Assembly (NCBI RefSeq): GCF_004010195.1
Contig: NC_057756.1
Span: 903,805 to 967,804 of the forward strand
From: Chiloscyllium plagiosum
Lineage: Eukaryota
Length of the DNA: 64,000 nt
Reading direction: 5' to 3'
The notes under the pieces are model-generated. The model was given only the letters and a program-made list of their open reading frames with translations, was not told where the DNA came from and did no database searches. Positions 13,201 to 28,200 of this stretch are shown one piece after another. The position numbers and the translations under genes were made by a program. The first letter of the stretch is position 1, and the number at the start of each line of letters is the position of its first letter.

Positions 13201-16200
13201 TTTGAATTGGTTAGTTGAATACTTTGATTACTTACCATCTCAGGAATGAGAACATTCAGGAATATTAAACATCACACATCATCTTCAGGAGTTAGTATGC
13301 AATCATTAATATGGACATTTAGACTGAACAGAAGAACAGCCAAATAGAATGGTCGACAATTGCTTCTTACAATGAGCTCCAGGACACATTGATTGCGACT
13401 AAAGAGGTTTGTAGTAAGCCTTAGCATTTTCCATGAGTGTTAGAGCAGCAACTGACCATGGTAAACTCCAACCACGGCTGACTGTCTGGGTTCGTTGGAT
13501 TGTCCATGCTAAATTGTTCATAGTATCCAGGGAGGTATGGGCCAAGTGGATTAGACATGGGAACCTCAGTATTTGAGGAATATGGTCTGGTTTAGATACT
13601 TTTTAGAATGTCAGTGTAGACCCGATGGGCAGAATGGCCAACTTCCACTTTATAGGAACTCAATGTTTTCATAGACTCACAAAATGAAATAATCTATGGA
13701 TCCCAAAGCGGCAATTACTGAATATTTTGTAATAAGCATACGAGCAGAGGTTGAAGTGGGGAATCAGAAAGTTATAGCTTCATGAATCAGTAAACAACTT
13801 ATGCAATAACATGATGATTCTATTTGCCAGTAGTTAGGAAGTGTGACATTGGGAATGGATAGATACTTGCAATGCGACAGTAAACTAAATCCAATCTATT
13901 TCTACAGTTAGATTTGATAGCATACCTTTTAGCCCCAGTTGTAGAGTCATACAGGATGAAACAGACCATTCAGTCAAAATAGTCCATGCTATCTGGAAGC
14001 AGGGAAGACAAATTCTCCCTCATGTCCAGGCTACCGAATTCCTTTGCTCCAAACCTGACCACCCACTTCTTGGAGTTTGATATAAGTAGATTGCCTATCA
14101 TGCTTCGAAATTAATAACTTTGAGCCACGTCAAGATAACCTCATTGAAAGTATAATAGAACTAGAAGAATCAAAACAGAATTAAAATATTCTTTGTTGTC
14201 ATGTGTACTCATGTACAGAATTACAGTAGTGCAGTGAAAAGTTTGCAAAGTCGCCCTTATGACGAAGGTACTTCTTTAACAAGGTTATGCAGTCCTTGCC
14301 TTTTTTTAAGGGAGGTCGCAAACAACATAAATTTTGAAAGGTCTCAGATTGTAGCGTTTTAAGGCCAATTCGATAATAACTACAAGATACTGCCTCAGAC
14401 AGAAGGCTTTCAATTTAGAAAAAATAAACACTTGTTCAACGAATTGGGAGAGGCCAGTTCTTCCAACTCAGCGTTACTCTTTTTTTTAGTAGTGCAAAAA
14501 AACTTGCTGGAGTCAAAGAAGCAGGTCTGGGCTGATACTCTCTCTCTCACACTTTTTTCCTGTAAGAACCTGTGTTTGATTTTGTCTTTTGTGCCAAGGG
14601 GGTTTATGGGGACTGTTGCAATTATTTGGAACAGCATCATTAATTTGGGATGTTCTTTTGCCTTTTTGGATAGTTTAAGTTATTTGGCATTCTACTCAAT
14701 TTTATTTGTGTTTCATTCGGTAGTTGTTTAAATAAGTTACGTTTTGTTTAAAACGAAGTGGTTTTACCATCTGATTGTCTCCGGGAATGTCCACTTACAC
14801 CTGCTTAAAATAACTATCAACGTTAGGATCTGAGCTACCTTTTTGAAATGTTTTGAGGAGTCTGGCCCTGTTCCATAACACCATAACATAGGAGTGGAAG
14901 TAAGGCCATTCGGCCCATCGAGTCCACTCCGCCATTTAATCATGGCTGATGGGCATTTCAACTCCACTTACCAGCATTCTCCCCGTAGCCCTTAATTTCT
15001 TGTGATATCAAGAATTTATCAATCTCGGCCTTGAAGCCATTTAGCGTCCTGGCCCCCACTGCACTCCACGGCAATGAATTCCACAGGCCCACCACTCTCT
15101 GGCTGAAGAAATGTCTCCCCATTTCTGTTATGAATTTATCCCTCTAATTCTAAGGCTATGCCCACGGGTCCTAGTCTCTTCGCCTAACAGAAACAATTTC
15201 TTAGCGTCCACCCTTTCCAAGCCATGTATTATCTTGTAAGTTTCTACTAGATCTCCCCTTAACCTTCTAAACTCCAATGAATACAATCCCAGGATCCTCA
15301 GCCGTTCCTCTTATGTTAAATATACCATACACCCTATATGACACCATCGTGGATATATAATATAGGTATAAAATATAGAAATAAAGAGAAAAAGAAAGGA
15401 AAACCGCTACATTACTTAAAGTTGGTCATAGCAAAAGTTAGAAAAATGAAAATAAGTTAAAACTACGAACAGTACAGTCTTTCAGCAGATCAGCACAGGG
15501 GGCTTCCACACGTGGTTTGCCCATGGTTGTAAGCCACTGACCGTCTGCACCAGTCCACCAACCGTCCAATATGTTCGATCGTCCAGTAGAACAGTTATGT
15601 GATGACATGAACAGAAAAAAACATGATAAAATTAAGTTTTTCTTTCTCTGCGGAACTGTAACTCAAGTTAGTATTTTTTATTAATTTGCAGCAAACTCTG
15701 CATCAGTATAGAATTAAGTATTTATTCCATTTTTGGATGAGATATTTTCCGCTGCATACTGCATTGATTAATCAAAGGTTGACATATATAATGTAACCAG
15801 CATAATTTTACACATCCAAAAGGCATACGCATTTCAATTACTTTGACAGTTTTTGATGAGCTCTTCCCTGCAATTCCGATGCTTTTCCAAAACAAAATTG
15901 AAAATAATTCCACTCACTTCCATTCTTTTTTCTGATCTTTACTATTTCAAAACTGCTCAATTCTGTTATTTTCCTTTTGAATTTAATTATTTTAATTCAT
16001 ACATATTTTCTTTATTTTTAGAGGAAGACCTGACCAAGAAACAGAAGGGTATGTTCACAACGTTCCACCCCCACCCCCGCCAAAAAAAAAGAAAATCAAA
16101 GGGCTCCATATGTCTCGCCAGTTAAACACAATACAATATCCAGTTTGGTGACTTTAACATAATTGAATACCGGCCTCGCATTGTAAATGGTGCAAAATGC

Positions 16201-19200
16201 AGACAAATTTTATTTGTTTTATTGTTCCGTACTAATTCCATGCTAAATTCTGTACTAATAATGGTTCTCAAGATTGATTTCTTTCTCGCAAATTGTATCC
16301 TTAAAATTTTATGATAATATGGCCAAATTTCTGGAAGTGCCATATTGAAGGTGATGAAGCTGAAGCTAAAACTTTAAAATGAGAGCAAACAACATCTATT
16401 TGAGTATTTCCCTGAATGTTTCTGCAACAGTTGACTAGTTTTTAGAATTAGTTGACCAAGACATCTCATGACATGCCCACTCTGAATGAAAGTTCCTTTG
16501 CTGTGTTTGCATAACCCTACTTCTGAGTAATATTGGTGCACATTGCCAGCAGACCATCAAGGGAAATTTAATACAAGACCTATCATAGTCAAGCAAGGAG
16601 AGTAATTCAGACATATAGAAAAAAAAGTCTTGAAGAGAGGGATGACACAAAATTCAACTTTTTTAAAATGACAAATCTGAATAGAACTCAATTTCTAAAT
16701 TCTGAAAGGGGTCAAATATGACGTTACAGATCTTAACCCACAGATTGTCATAAATTGCTATGTCGGCACCATAATAGGTAGGTGTGACGTAGTATATGTT
16801 GTTTTGGAAATAATGAAGGCCGTAAATTCGTTGCAGAAAAGAAAAAAAGCGAGGAAAAGAACAATGTTATGTATGCACGTACACACTCATATGCATATCT
16901 AATGCACACACACCAATCTAGTTTGCTAAGATCATTTATAAATCATAAAGATGGAATTTTATTTTTGGTTTGACAGGATTGACAGAGTGGTTATGGGAGA
17001 ATTGTTTTGATTCTTATTTCGTTAATGCTCTATCCTGTTGGCAAAATTTGTTGTTGTTTCACTTTCTTATGAACCTTGAATTACTGCATATTATCTGTAC
17101 ATTGTTGGAACAATATGGAGCCACTAAAGAAAGCGTGGATGCAATTGATAATATACCTTAAGCAAGCAAATGGTCGTTTGGATCTTGTCTTTTTGGAGTG
17201 AAACCTCTCAGCTTACATCACAGTGTATTTAAAATTACCAAATAATTTTCACCTAATTATCAAGAAAAAAAGTTTTTTTTCTTCTCGTAGTAAAGGAAAA
17301 CATTAGTAGAGACAAACAACGAAAAATATGTGCCAATGAAAATAAATAATACAATTAAGATTATGACTATTTCGGGAGAAAAAGCTTGTAGTGTAAAAGA
17401 TGACACTATCTTTAAGTTGTGGCTTATTACGTATAATTCTTTAAAGGGCACTGAATCAACGGTTATGATGATCGAGTTACAGAAGGAACATTAATGTTGT
17501 GAGTGCCATTTCAAATGGGAATAAGCTGTTCATGTGACATTTGTTGAATGTAATTCTTAGATAATCGCTCACTGTGATATTTCAGCAATTAAGACAATTT
17601 TTTCACATCTATCCATTTCTATTTTATCTTAGACTTAGAGTCTCCATTCCTGCAGATAAACTTAGATCTGCAAATTCAGCCCCTTTGAATGCATTCTTTA
17701 CAAAATTCATAATCTCATCTTCTTTCGGAATCTGTATATTGAAGACGTTCATTCCAAATGACAATTACGTGAATCTCCTTTCACAATCACTAAAATCTTT
17801 CCCTGAAGGACAATACATGGAAGTATACATGGCAAGTATACAAGTCAAAGCAATGAGTCATAATCATTCCAATCATTTCATGTAATAATATTTGTTTATC
17901 TATAGAAATACTGAAAATGAAAGGTGCATACTCCGAATGTGGTGAGTGACAAAATATCATGTTGCTTTTGTTATCTACCAAACACATTGTTCCTTCTTTT
18001 TTTTTCCTTTTGCGCAGTTATTTGTGCTATTCTAGGCCAATTCAGATCTATCCGGTTAAAAAAGCATTAAGCACAGTGCACAGTTTACTTACTGAGCAGC
18101 TTAAATGTACTGTATTATGCAGCTGGCAGTGCTCGCACATTCATCTTTGCAATAGAATAAACTACGTTCATTTGCCACTTTAGGCATTTGAGCTCTACAA
18201 TCCTGTTAAGTGCTGATATGTTTGGTACATAGTGATGCCTGTATAGATGAAAGGTCATATTGTCTCTTGGGTGCACTGGATATATCTCAAGTCTCTTATT
18301 AAAAGGACAGTAAAATCTGGTCTGCATAGGTATTGGGCACTCATCCTCAATATTCAAACCCAACAGACATTATCAACTACATTTGTCTTATTTATCTGGA
18401 AAGCATCTTGCTCTGGACAAGTAGATTTTCTGCGCCCTTCATTAGGGCAGTAATTGCAATTTAAATATTCATAACTAGCTATGAGGTGTTTTGTGATAGC
18501 TTGCAAACAAATTTCATATTGTTCAAGAAAGGAATAGAGACAACCCTGGAAATTATAGGCCTGTGAACTTACTTCAGTTGTGGGTAAAGTGTTATAAGGG
18601 ATAGGATTTATAATCATCTAGAGAGGAATAAGTTGATTAGAGATAGTCAACACGGTTTTGTGAGGGTAGGGCTTGTCTCACAAACCTTATTGAGTTTTTT
18701 ATGAAGGTGATCAAACAGGTGGATGAGAGTAATGCGTTATATTTCAGTAAGGTGTTTGACAATGTTCCCCACAATAGGCTATTGCACTAAATAAGGATGC
18801 ATGGGATTGACAGTGATTTAGCGGTTTGGATCAGAAATTGTCGCTTTAAAAGAAGACAGAGGTTGGTGGTTGATGGTAAATATTCATATTGGAGTTCAGT
18901 TATTAGTGGGGTACTGCAAGGATCTGTTTTGTGTCCACTACTGTTTATCATGTATATAAATGACGTGGATGAGGGCATAGAAAGATGGGTTACTAAATTT
19001 GCAGATGAAACTAAGGTCAGTAGAGTTATGGATAGTGACAAAGAATGTTATGGGTTACAGAGAGACATAGATAAGCTGCAAAGCTGGACTGAGAGGTTCC
19101 AAATGGAGTTTAATGTGAAAACGTGTGAGTTTTGTTTTTAGATTTCAATTAGATTCCCTACAGTGTGGAAACAGGGCCTTCAGGCCCATAAGTCCAAACC

Positions 19201-22200
19201 GACCCTTCAAAGAATAACCAAGCCAGATCTATTTTACTCTGACTAATGCGCCTAACCACTGTGGGCAATTTGGCTTGGCAAATTTAACTGACCTACACAT
19301 CTTTGGACTGTGGGAGGAAACCGGAGCACCCAAACGAAACCCATGCAGACACAGGGAGAATGTGCAATCTCTACACAGACAGTCGCTCGATGCTGGAATC
19401 AAACCTAGTTCCCTGGCTCTGTGAGCCACCGTGCCACCTCTTACTTTGTGCAAAGTGAAGGTGATTCACTTTGGAAGGAGTAATAGGAATGCAGAGTCCT
19501 GGGCTAATGATAAGATTCTTGATCGCGGAGACCAGAGAGATCTCAGCGTCCAGGTACATAGATCCTTGAATGTTTCCACCCAGATTGAACAGTTTGTTAA
19601 TAAGGTATGTAGTGTGTTAGCTTTTATTGGTAGAGAGATTGAGTTTTGGAACCACAAGATCATGCTGCAGCTGTACTAAACTCTGGTGTGGCTACATTTG
19701 AAATATTGTGTATAGTTCTGGTCACCACATTATCGGAATGATGTGGAAGTTTTGGAAAGGGTACAAAGGAGATTTACTAGGATGTTGCCTGTCATGGAGG
19801 GAAGGTTTCATGTGGAAAGGCTGAGGGACTTCACGCTGTGCTCGTTAGAGAGAATGTTGAGAGACGCCTTACTTGAGACATATAGATAATCAGAGGGTTA
19901 GGTAAGTTGGACAGTGAGAATGTTTTTCCTCAGAAGGTGAAAGCTAGCATGAGGGGACATAGTTTTAAAATGAGGGCTGGTAGATATAGGACAAATGTCA
20001 GAGGTAGTTTCTTTACTCAGAGAGTAGTATGGGCATAGAACGCATTACCTGCAACAATAGTAGACTCGCCAACTTTAAGGCCATTTAAATTATCATAGGA
20101 TAGGCACATAGACAAGAATGGAATAGTGTACGTTAGATGGCTTCACATTGGTCCCACAGGTTGGCGTGACATCGAGGGCCAAAGGGCTTGTACTGAGTTG
20201 GCATGTTCTATTGTTTAAATATAACGGGAAACAAAAAAAAAACGTGTTATTTGCAAACAGTTGGAGCATCCTGATTTGTTTTGGCTAACATTTACACAAC
20301 ATCGTTCATGACAGGAGAATCAATTATTTTATCATCCATTATTCACAATTCTATACCACAATCAGCAATACCATAATGGCTGTGAAATTGCCTATTTATT
20401 TTATAAAGCTTGGTGTTTTATATTTCCTGGAGAAGCAACACCATGAGATGTTTTTCGCAGTCACAATCTGTATAGATGTTTTGGAAGGGTAAATGGTATC
20501 ATGCACATATACAGAGACTCATCACCAGGCTTTGCAAACATTGAAGTCAATTACAGATTGAAATCAGTTTTACTGAACTTGAACATGAACTACATTCTAT
20601 TCATTCAAGAGGATCCAGCAGTCAAATATGGTGTAGCTTGTTTGCATATGGCCTTCTCTTTTGTGATATATAAAAATGCTGCTTCTTTGTTTTGCTTCCT
20701 TGGACTTGCAAAGATGCCATTCATTGCAATCTCCACACCAAACAGACTTTTTGATGTATAAACCAATATTAGGCTGCGACTAATTTCAATCCTTATGTTA
20801 ATAATTGTTGCAATGCCATTGCTTACAGAGGAAAAGATAAAGGCTAAGCAGAAAGGTGAGTATCAATGTTTTGTGTCTGTGAAGATAAAAGAAAACAGCG
20901 AGTATTGAGAAGTTTTGTAGCTCAGGTTGAGGTTCTGCATGTAGGCTTGGTCGCCGAGCTAGAAGGTTCGTTTTCAGACGTTTTGTCTTCATACTCGGTA
21001 ACATCATGTGTTAGCCTCCAGATGAACCCCTGGTTTTATGGCCTGCTTTCTGTTTATGTGTTTAGGTTTCCTTGGGTTGGTGATGGCATTTCGTGTGGTG
21101 ACGGCATTTCCTGTGGTGATGTCCTTTCCAGTTCTTTTTCTCAGGGGGTGGTAAATGGGATCCAAGTCACTGTGTTTGTTGATAGATTTGTGTTTGGAAT
21201 GCCATGCCTGTAAGAATTCTCGTGTATGTCTCTGTTTAGATTGCTCTAGGTTGATGTGTTGTCCCAGTCGAAGTATCCTTATATCCTCATCTGCATATAA
21301 GGATACTAGTGACAGTGGGTCATGTCTTTTTGTGGCTAGTAGATGTTCATGTATCCTGGTGGCTAGTTTGTTGCCTATTTGTGCAATGTAGTGTCTGTTA
21401 CAATTCTTGCAAGGTATTTTGTAAATGGCATTAATTTTCCTTGTTGTCTGTATTAGAACATTTTTTTCAATGAGCCACCACACACTGCACCATAGTGGAA
21501 GTACGAAGAGCAAAGGAAAATCACCTTCACGGTGTATTCAAAAAGACTGGGTACAATGAACATAATCCTCTGATCTCTCAGCAACAAACCCAAACAAGCA
21601 GAGAAAGAAAACACGTCCAGAATCCCTAGCTACTCTCCCCACATCAAGGACATCTTGCAATTGACTGCCAGAGTACTCAAACATCTTGGCATCATGATCA
21701 CCCACAAACCCACCAACACACTAAAACAGCAGCTTATGAATTTTAAAGACCCTATACAGAAAACAGCAAAACTAAATCATTTACAAAATACCTGACAAGA
21801 ACTGTAACAAACACATCACTATGCAAACAGGCGGAAAACTAGCCAGCAGGATTTATGAACATGAACCAGCCACAAAAAGACATGACCCACTCTCACTAGT
21901 ATCATTTCATACAAATGAGGAAGGACAGCACTTCGACTGGGGCAACACATCCATCCTAGGACAATCCAAAATCGAAAATTAGTTAGGCAATGAATTCAAC
22001 GCACGTGAATTCCTATAAGCATGGCATTCCAACCGGATCTCTATCAACAAGCGCATTGTCTTGGATCCCATTTACCACCCCTGAGAAAAAGAACAGGAAA
22101 TAACATTACCACGGGAAATGACGAGCCACAAGAAATGACATCACCAACCCAAGGAAATCTAAACACATAAATAGAAAGCAGGCCATACCACCAGTGCTTC

Positions 22201-25200
22201 ATCTCGAGGCTCACTGATGATGCTACCTGGTATGGTGATGAAACATCTGAAAATCCAACTTAAAGCTCAGCGAGCAAACCTACATCAATAAAAGAAAATA
22301 TTTAAAAGACACTAACAGAATTAAAACATTGTAACTACACAAATTTGTGAGTAACTACGAAATTTCCGTTTGCTTTCTAATAATACTTGCTAAATTACAG
22401 GCAAACGACAAATAATATGACATTTATGAAACAGTGCAGCTTGGTATCAATGCGAAACAAATACAATACCTGAAATATCAAAAAGCAAAATGGCTTTTCA
22501 CCTGGAGACACTTTCATCTGGATTTGCATGTTTATTGATGTTGCAAGGTGACAACCAAAGTTGAAAATGTTTTGTAAACTGCATTCAATAAAATAGGACC
22601 AGCTAAACATTTCTAACATTCAAAACTTCATGCCCGAACCTAATGCGTTCTGTTATGTTACAAGCAACTTCCCAACTACTTTGACATTATATGCCATGGA
22701 AGCAAAGTAATGGAGCGAAAATATTTCCAACAAGCTTATTCCTATATGCAAGAAAATGCTCTTTTTTCTCTGAACTTTTGAATTTGATTCACAACTCATG
22801 GAAACATTCAGAAAGCCTCCATCATCACTTCTACGGATCTATATTTTCACTATTTCACAGCTTATGAGTTCTAAGAATTTCTAATTAGCCAACTGCTATT
22901 CAAATTAGGCAATTTATGTTGTGCCAAACTGCATTTACTATTACTAATTTACCTTAAGAAAGTGGTGATGACCTACTTTTTCAAGCTACTACGGATAAGG
23001 TAGTGTTGGCAGATCGAAAATTAGTTCGGCAATGAGTTCCAAAATACTGACTCAGCCAAACTGAAGGAAATAGGAGAATGTGAGGAATGCAGATGCTGGA
23101 GCTCAGAGTTGAATGTGTGTTGGTGGATAAGCACAGCAGGTCAGGCAACATTCGAGGAGCAGGAGATTCAACGGTTCGGGCATCAGCACTTCATCAGGAA
23201 GGGCTTATGCCCGAAATGTTGATTCTCCTGCTCCTCAAATGCTGAAATGCTGTGTGTATCCAGCACCACATTCTCAAACTGAAGGAACAACAACAGATTT
23301 CCAAGTCAGGCCCATGAGAGGCTTGGAGAACAGCAAGGATATTATGGAGCCATTGAGTTGTAGTTGCAAGCAGGGCAGTTAGGAAGACAACAGCCAGCCT
23401 TCATGCTGACAGAATGATACATTTCCTTCCAATGTATTGAAGACAACTCATATGACAGTTTAAAACAAAAATAAACATTTCCATATTCTGCAATGCCAAC
23501 CATCATTCATCTGGACTTAATCTGAACAGTACGCTGGCTTCATCAAACCATTCACAAATGTACGTGGAGTAGTTTCATTGATCAATTCGTCAATGCCAGA
23601 CACCACAATCACCAATCCCAAACACACGCGTGTCCATTCAGATATCACAATGTCTCTCCTTTACTTGACAGAAATAAATACACTGAAAACCGATTTAGAA
23701 ACTTCTGGTAAGTGAAAGCATGCTGAATACTTTATTTCTCCTTTCAAGTCATGGAAATCAATTAATGCAATTTTGTTAGGGAATTAATTGAAATGTGGGT
23801 TATGTAATTCACAGTGTGGAAGCAGGGCATTGAGCCCATCAAGTTCACAGCAGACTGCTGAACAGCATCCCACCTAAACCCCCCTCTGCACTCCATCCCT
23901 CTAACCCAGTATTTTTCACCTCTAATTCCCCTTGCCTGCTCACCCGTGAACACTATGGACAATTTAGCATAGCCAATCAACCTAAGCTCCCCATAATTTT
24001 ACTGGGAGACAACCGGAACAATTGGAGGAAACCCAGGCAGAAACAGGGAGAATATGCAAACTCCACAGCGACTGTTGCTCAATGCTGGGATCAAACCCGC
24101 GACCCTGGCATCGTAAAACAGTCGTGCTAACTAGTATATTTGATATAAACATTTCAGCTCACTGATCATGTTGGACTGTTTCTCCTCCCAAATCTCTTAC
24201 GTGAAATACGTTGGCTACCTTATCTAAGTCTACCAAGTATTTCCTTCCACATTCACATATCTGTGTCCTTGTTTATTCCTTACAAAAATAAGCTTATGCA
24301 CTTCAACTTTTCTAAGTTATTAACAAGTACAATATCTTCATCAGGCGCAAGACTGTAAAGGAAGGTCTTATCATCATTCAGTACTTTGTGACTGATTTAC
24401 CACCATGGTAATTAGATTAGCACACTCCAGCTAACTGAAGTTCATCCAGCCAATTCTTCATTGTTTCCCTCTATTAAACTGATTAATCTTCCAGTTGACA
24501 TGTACAGAGACCAAAAATACAATCTTGATACGCGTTGCTTTACAGTCTTTTATTTATGGAGTGGAAAAGAAAGTAAAGTGTAGGATCACATAACATGTTC
24601 TAAATATTTGATAGTGTGTATTAATGGATGATGAAACGTTTGGATTTGTATGAACAGCAATTCAATTATGTTGTTTGTAAATCACAGGATTCTGTACAGG
24701 AGACTATTTGGGCAACTGTTCCTCCAGCATTAATGAAGATTATCTCGTTGAATCTTCTACAATTTTTCCCTTAATTTGCCCTGAAATAGTTTTTAAAAAT
24801 CACGAAGAATATGTAAACGAAAAGTGAGCATGGCCTTTTCTCAAAGCCTTTCTACCATTCATTAGAACTGACTGACTGACGACTTAAGTCTACAGTCACA
24901 GCAATGACTATTGATAATTAATTATTTGGAATATGAATAAAGGGACAGAAAACAAAATAATTGGTAGATTTAATTTACATATATCTTGAAGTCGACAGAA
25001 TTCTCATAGAATCTCTATCGTGTTTAAGGAGGCCATTTGGTCCACTAAACACACACAGACCCTCTGAAGAGCAGTCCACCAAGGGACACCCCTATGCTAT
25101 CCCTGTAAACTTCCATTTTTCAAGCAAATCCACCTAGCCTACACATAGCTGGATGATTAGGGCAATTTTGCATGGCTAATGCACCAAGCCTGCTGATCTC

Positions 25201-28200
25201 TGGGCTGTGTGACAAAACCAGAGCACCTTGAGGAAACCCACACAGACACGGGGAGAATATGCCAACTCTACAGAAGTCTCCTAGAATGGAATCAAACCCA
25301 TTTCCTTTACGCTGTGAATCTTCTTGACACACCATTAAGTTTCACGTGTTATTACATAAATCATTTTATTGTTTGTTACAGAACAAAAGTTTACCAACAA
25401 ACAGAAGTGTAAGTTCTAACTAATCTTCATACTAGTAGATTTTTGTTGTAAAAATGAACTACTGTTCAACGAACTTTCTGGTAATAGGAAAAGGAAATAT
25501 GAAGCTGTCATTTATTTAAATCTTTACACAAACCACATTCAAGGATAACAGTTGCTGTACTCGAGGGAAAGCAGAATTGAACATTGCTATCGATGGCACG
25601 ATCTTCAAGATGTCGGGGTGCCAGTGCTGCATTGGGGTGGATAAAGTTAAAATCACATAACACCAGGTTATAGTACAACAGGTTTATATGGAAGTCCAAG
25701 CTTTCGGAGTGCTGCTCCTTTGTCAGATAGCTAGCTAGCTACCTGACAAAGCAACAGCATTCAGAAAACTTGTACATTCTACTAAACCTATTGGACTATA
25801 ACGTGATCTTGTTTGTCCAGGATGCATCAAGGCACAATTTCCTTTTCATTTATTGACGTTTACATAAATATATATCTATCTTGCAATTATAATCATCTTT
25901 TCCCTGCCAGCACTTACTCGATATAGAAATACCCTCCCTGAAAATGTTATCTCTTTTTCTTAGTGGACACTTGCCCAAGTGTCATTTCGTTATGTATTGA
26001 AACGACATCAGGAATTGGGCTTACCAAAGTCGTTCTGTGAAAAGCCTAGTAGCTTAATGGTGCAGTATAAATTAACATTTGTGCTGTAAGCGCACTGGAG
26101 TCCATTATAACTATTTATGTCCCAATGCGCTGAAGTTTGTATGCATCAATTACATACACAGTATCCTTATTTCGCACATAACCTTCCAACAATAAAGTCA
26201 ATAATCAAGTTCTTCAGAATCCCAAGGAGTGAGAATCAAGCAGGGAGTAAGGTACCATTGGCATACCTTACTAATTAATGTATTGCGAGGTATTCACCTC
26301 TCAAACTCGATGCCTTATGAACTGAAATGCGCTACTTGCTTGAAGTTTTGAAGCAACTCTGTCCCTTACCTCAACGAGTAATCTCTGTAAGGCATTGTTT
26401 ATCAACTTCTGCTGGGCTACTGGACTTTACAGTCTCACTATCAACAATCCCAGTAAATATTATTTCCATTTTTGCATTCCGTATGGTTTCATTCAGATTT
26501 ACTAATAAGTTAAGCAATTATTATGTTACTTCCCTTCTAGCAAATGTTGACTGCTCTGTCAGCAGATATTTCATCGGCCATTTTCTTATTATTTTACAGC
26601 TATCGATAAGCTGAAAGACACTCTTAATGAACTAGGTGGGTGAAAAGTATGTTGTAATGGTCTAAAATCACAACTGAATAACGCACCACTTGGAAGCCAA
26701 TTCCTGTTTGGCACTTTTTAAGTTTCCTGCTTCTGAGAATTATGGTAATTGTTTAATTCAAATTCAGAGGTATCTCATACTGTCATGTATAAGGGATCAT
26801 TTGGAACTTCTCTGCTTTTCTGAGGTTATTCTTGAATGTGTTTTTGAAGTTTTTTTTGAACGTGTTAATCAACTGATGAAACCAGTTAGATTGGGTCAGA
26901 CCATGCTAAATACATACCTGAGGTTTCCGTCATGAGTTGATTGCATACTTGCAACTTTAGCATGTGCCAGCATGTGCCTGATAACTCAGTGCTGACCTAC
27001 GAGTTATTATACTCCAAATCATTTCTTGGATCGAAGGGCAGTGCATCAAGATAAGGAAATTGACACTGCCTCTTGACCTGCCGCTACATATTACAAATGT
27101 GTGCAATGAGTGTCAGGTTAATTGTTTCTTGAAACCTATATAAATAACTACAATTTCTTGATTTTTAAATAGTTCTTTCTCGTTTTAGATCACAATTTAA
27201 ACAACAATGCAAAAACACAATAACACAGTCTAGCACCATTTACTTGATTTTCTCCAGCCTCGAATTTGTAAATGTTGTCACATTAGAAGGCATTCTTGAA
27301 AAAACCTTGGTGATTTGCTGCAGTAGATAATATGCAGTACAATTTGCTGCTAATGTATAACAGGGGAGGAGGGATTATACTTTCAAGATGGTGCATCGCA
27401 TGCTGCTTTAAACATTCTGTTTTGTCTTGGTGGTTTGGAGTTTCCTGATTTTTGGTGGAACTACGCTCTTTGTGGTAATTCGGACAGATTCTTTTTTTTT
27501 TTATTTAAGCCTTGGAGTTGTTGGGCAGGCGTTGGCAAACTGCAGTTGAGTTACTGCAAAATTGCCGAAATCTAACAGGCTCTTGCAGCTGCAGTATTCA
27601 CATCTATAAAACTATATGATTGATTCATCACTTCTATTTTACACTTCGGAGCATTTATGAGGAAAAAGTCTTGCTTTCTGCAGTTTCTTGTTTTGCATTC
27701 ACTAACACAGTAGCAAGAATACAAAATCTCTAAAGAACAATAATCTATAGAGAAAAAGAAAATGGATACCAATTGAATGGCTCTTGGATTCTGAGGACCA
27801 CGGATAACATGAAGGGAAGATAGTTTAACCATGACTTTGTTATGCCTAAAGTCGTTAGCGGCATCCTAAGAGATCTGGATCAATCTCTACCACTTTGAAT
27901 CAGGTCTGTGCAAGATAGTACCGCGGAGAGAATGGAAATGTTCAGGAAATTATTCGAAATATCCAAGAAGAGAGCAAATACCTTCAAAATCACAATAGAG
28001 TTGCGTTCTTGTGACGAATCAACAAAGAAAAATCTGATTACAAACTGCAATAGAGAATGGCAATACTGTGCCAGCAAATGCAGAAGTGAAATGGAGACGT
28101 CAGGGAGAATGCATAAGTCTATATGGATACCACCCTACCACTCCCCGCCCCTACAAAAGATTTCAAAATTATCCATCTTGCATTGGAAGATATGCGAATC

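Noticed and set aside
22319..22346. AG...gtgagt segment with a strong donor
   Set aside because: 28 nt, frame-breaking, and no pyrimidine tract.
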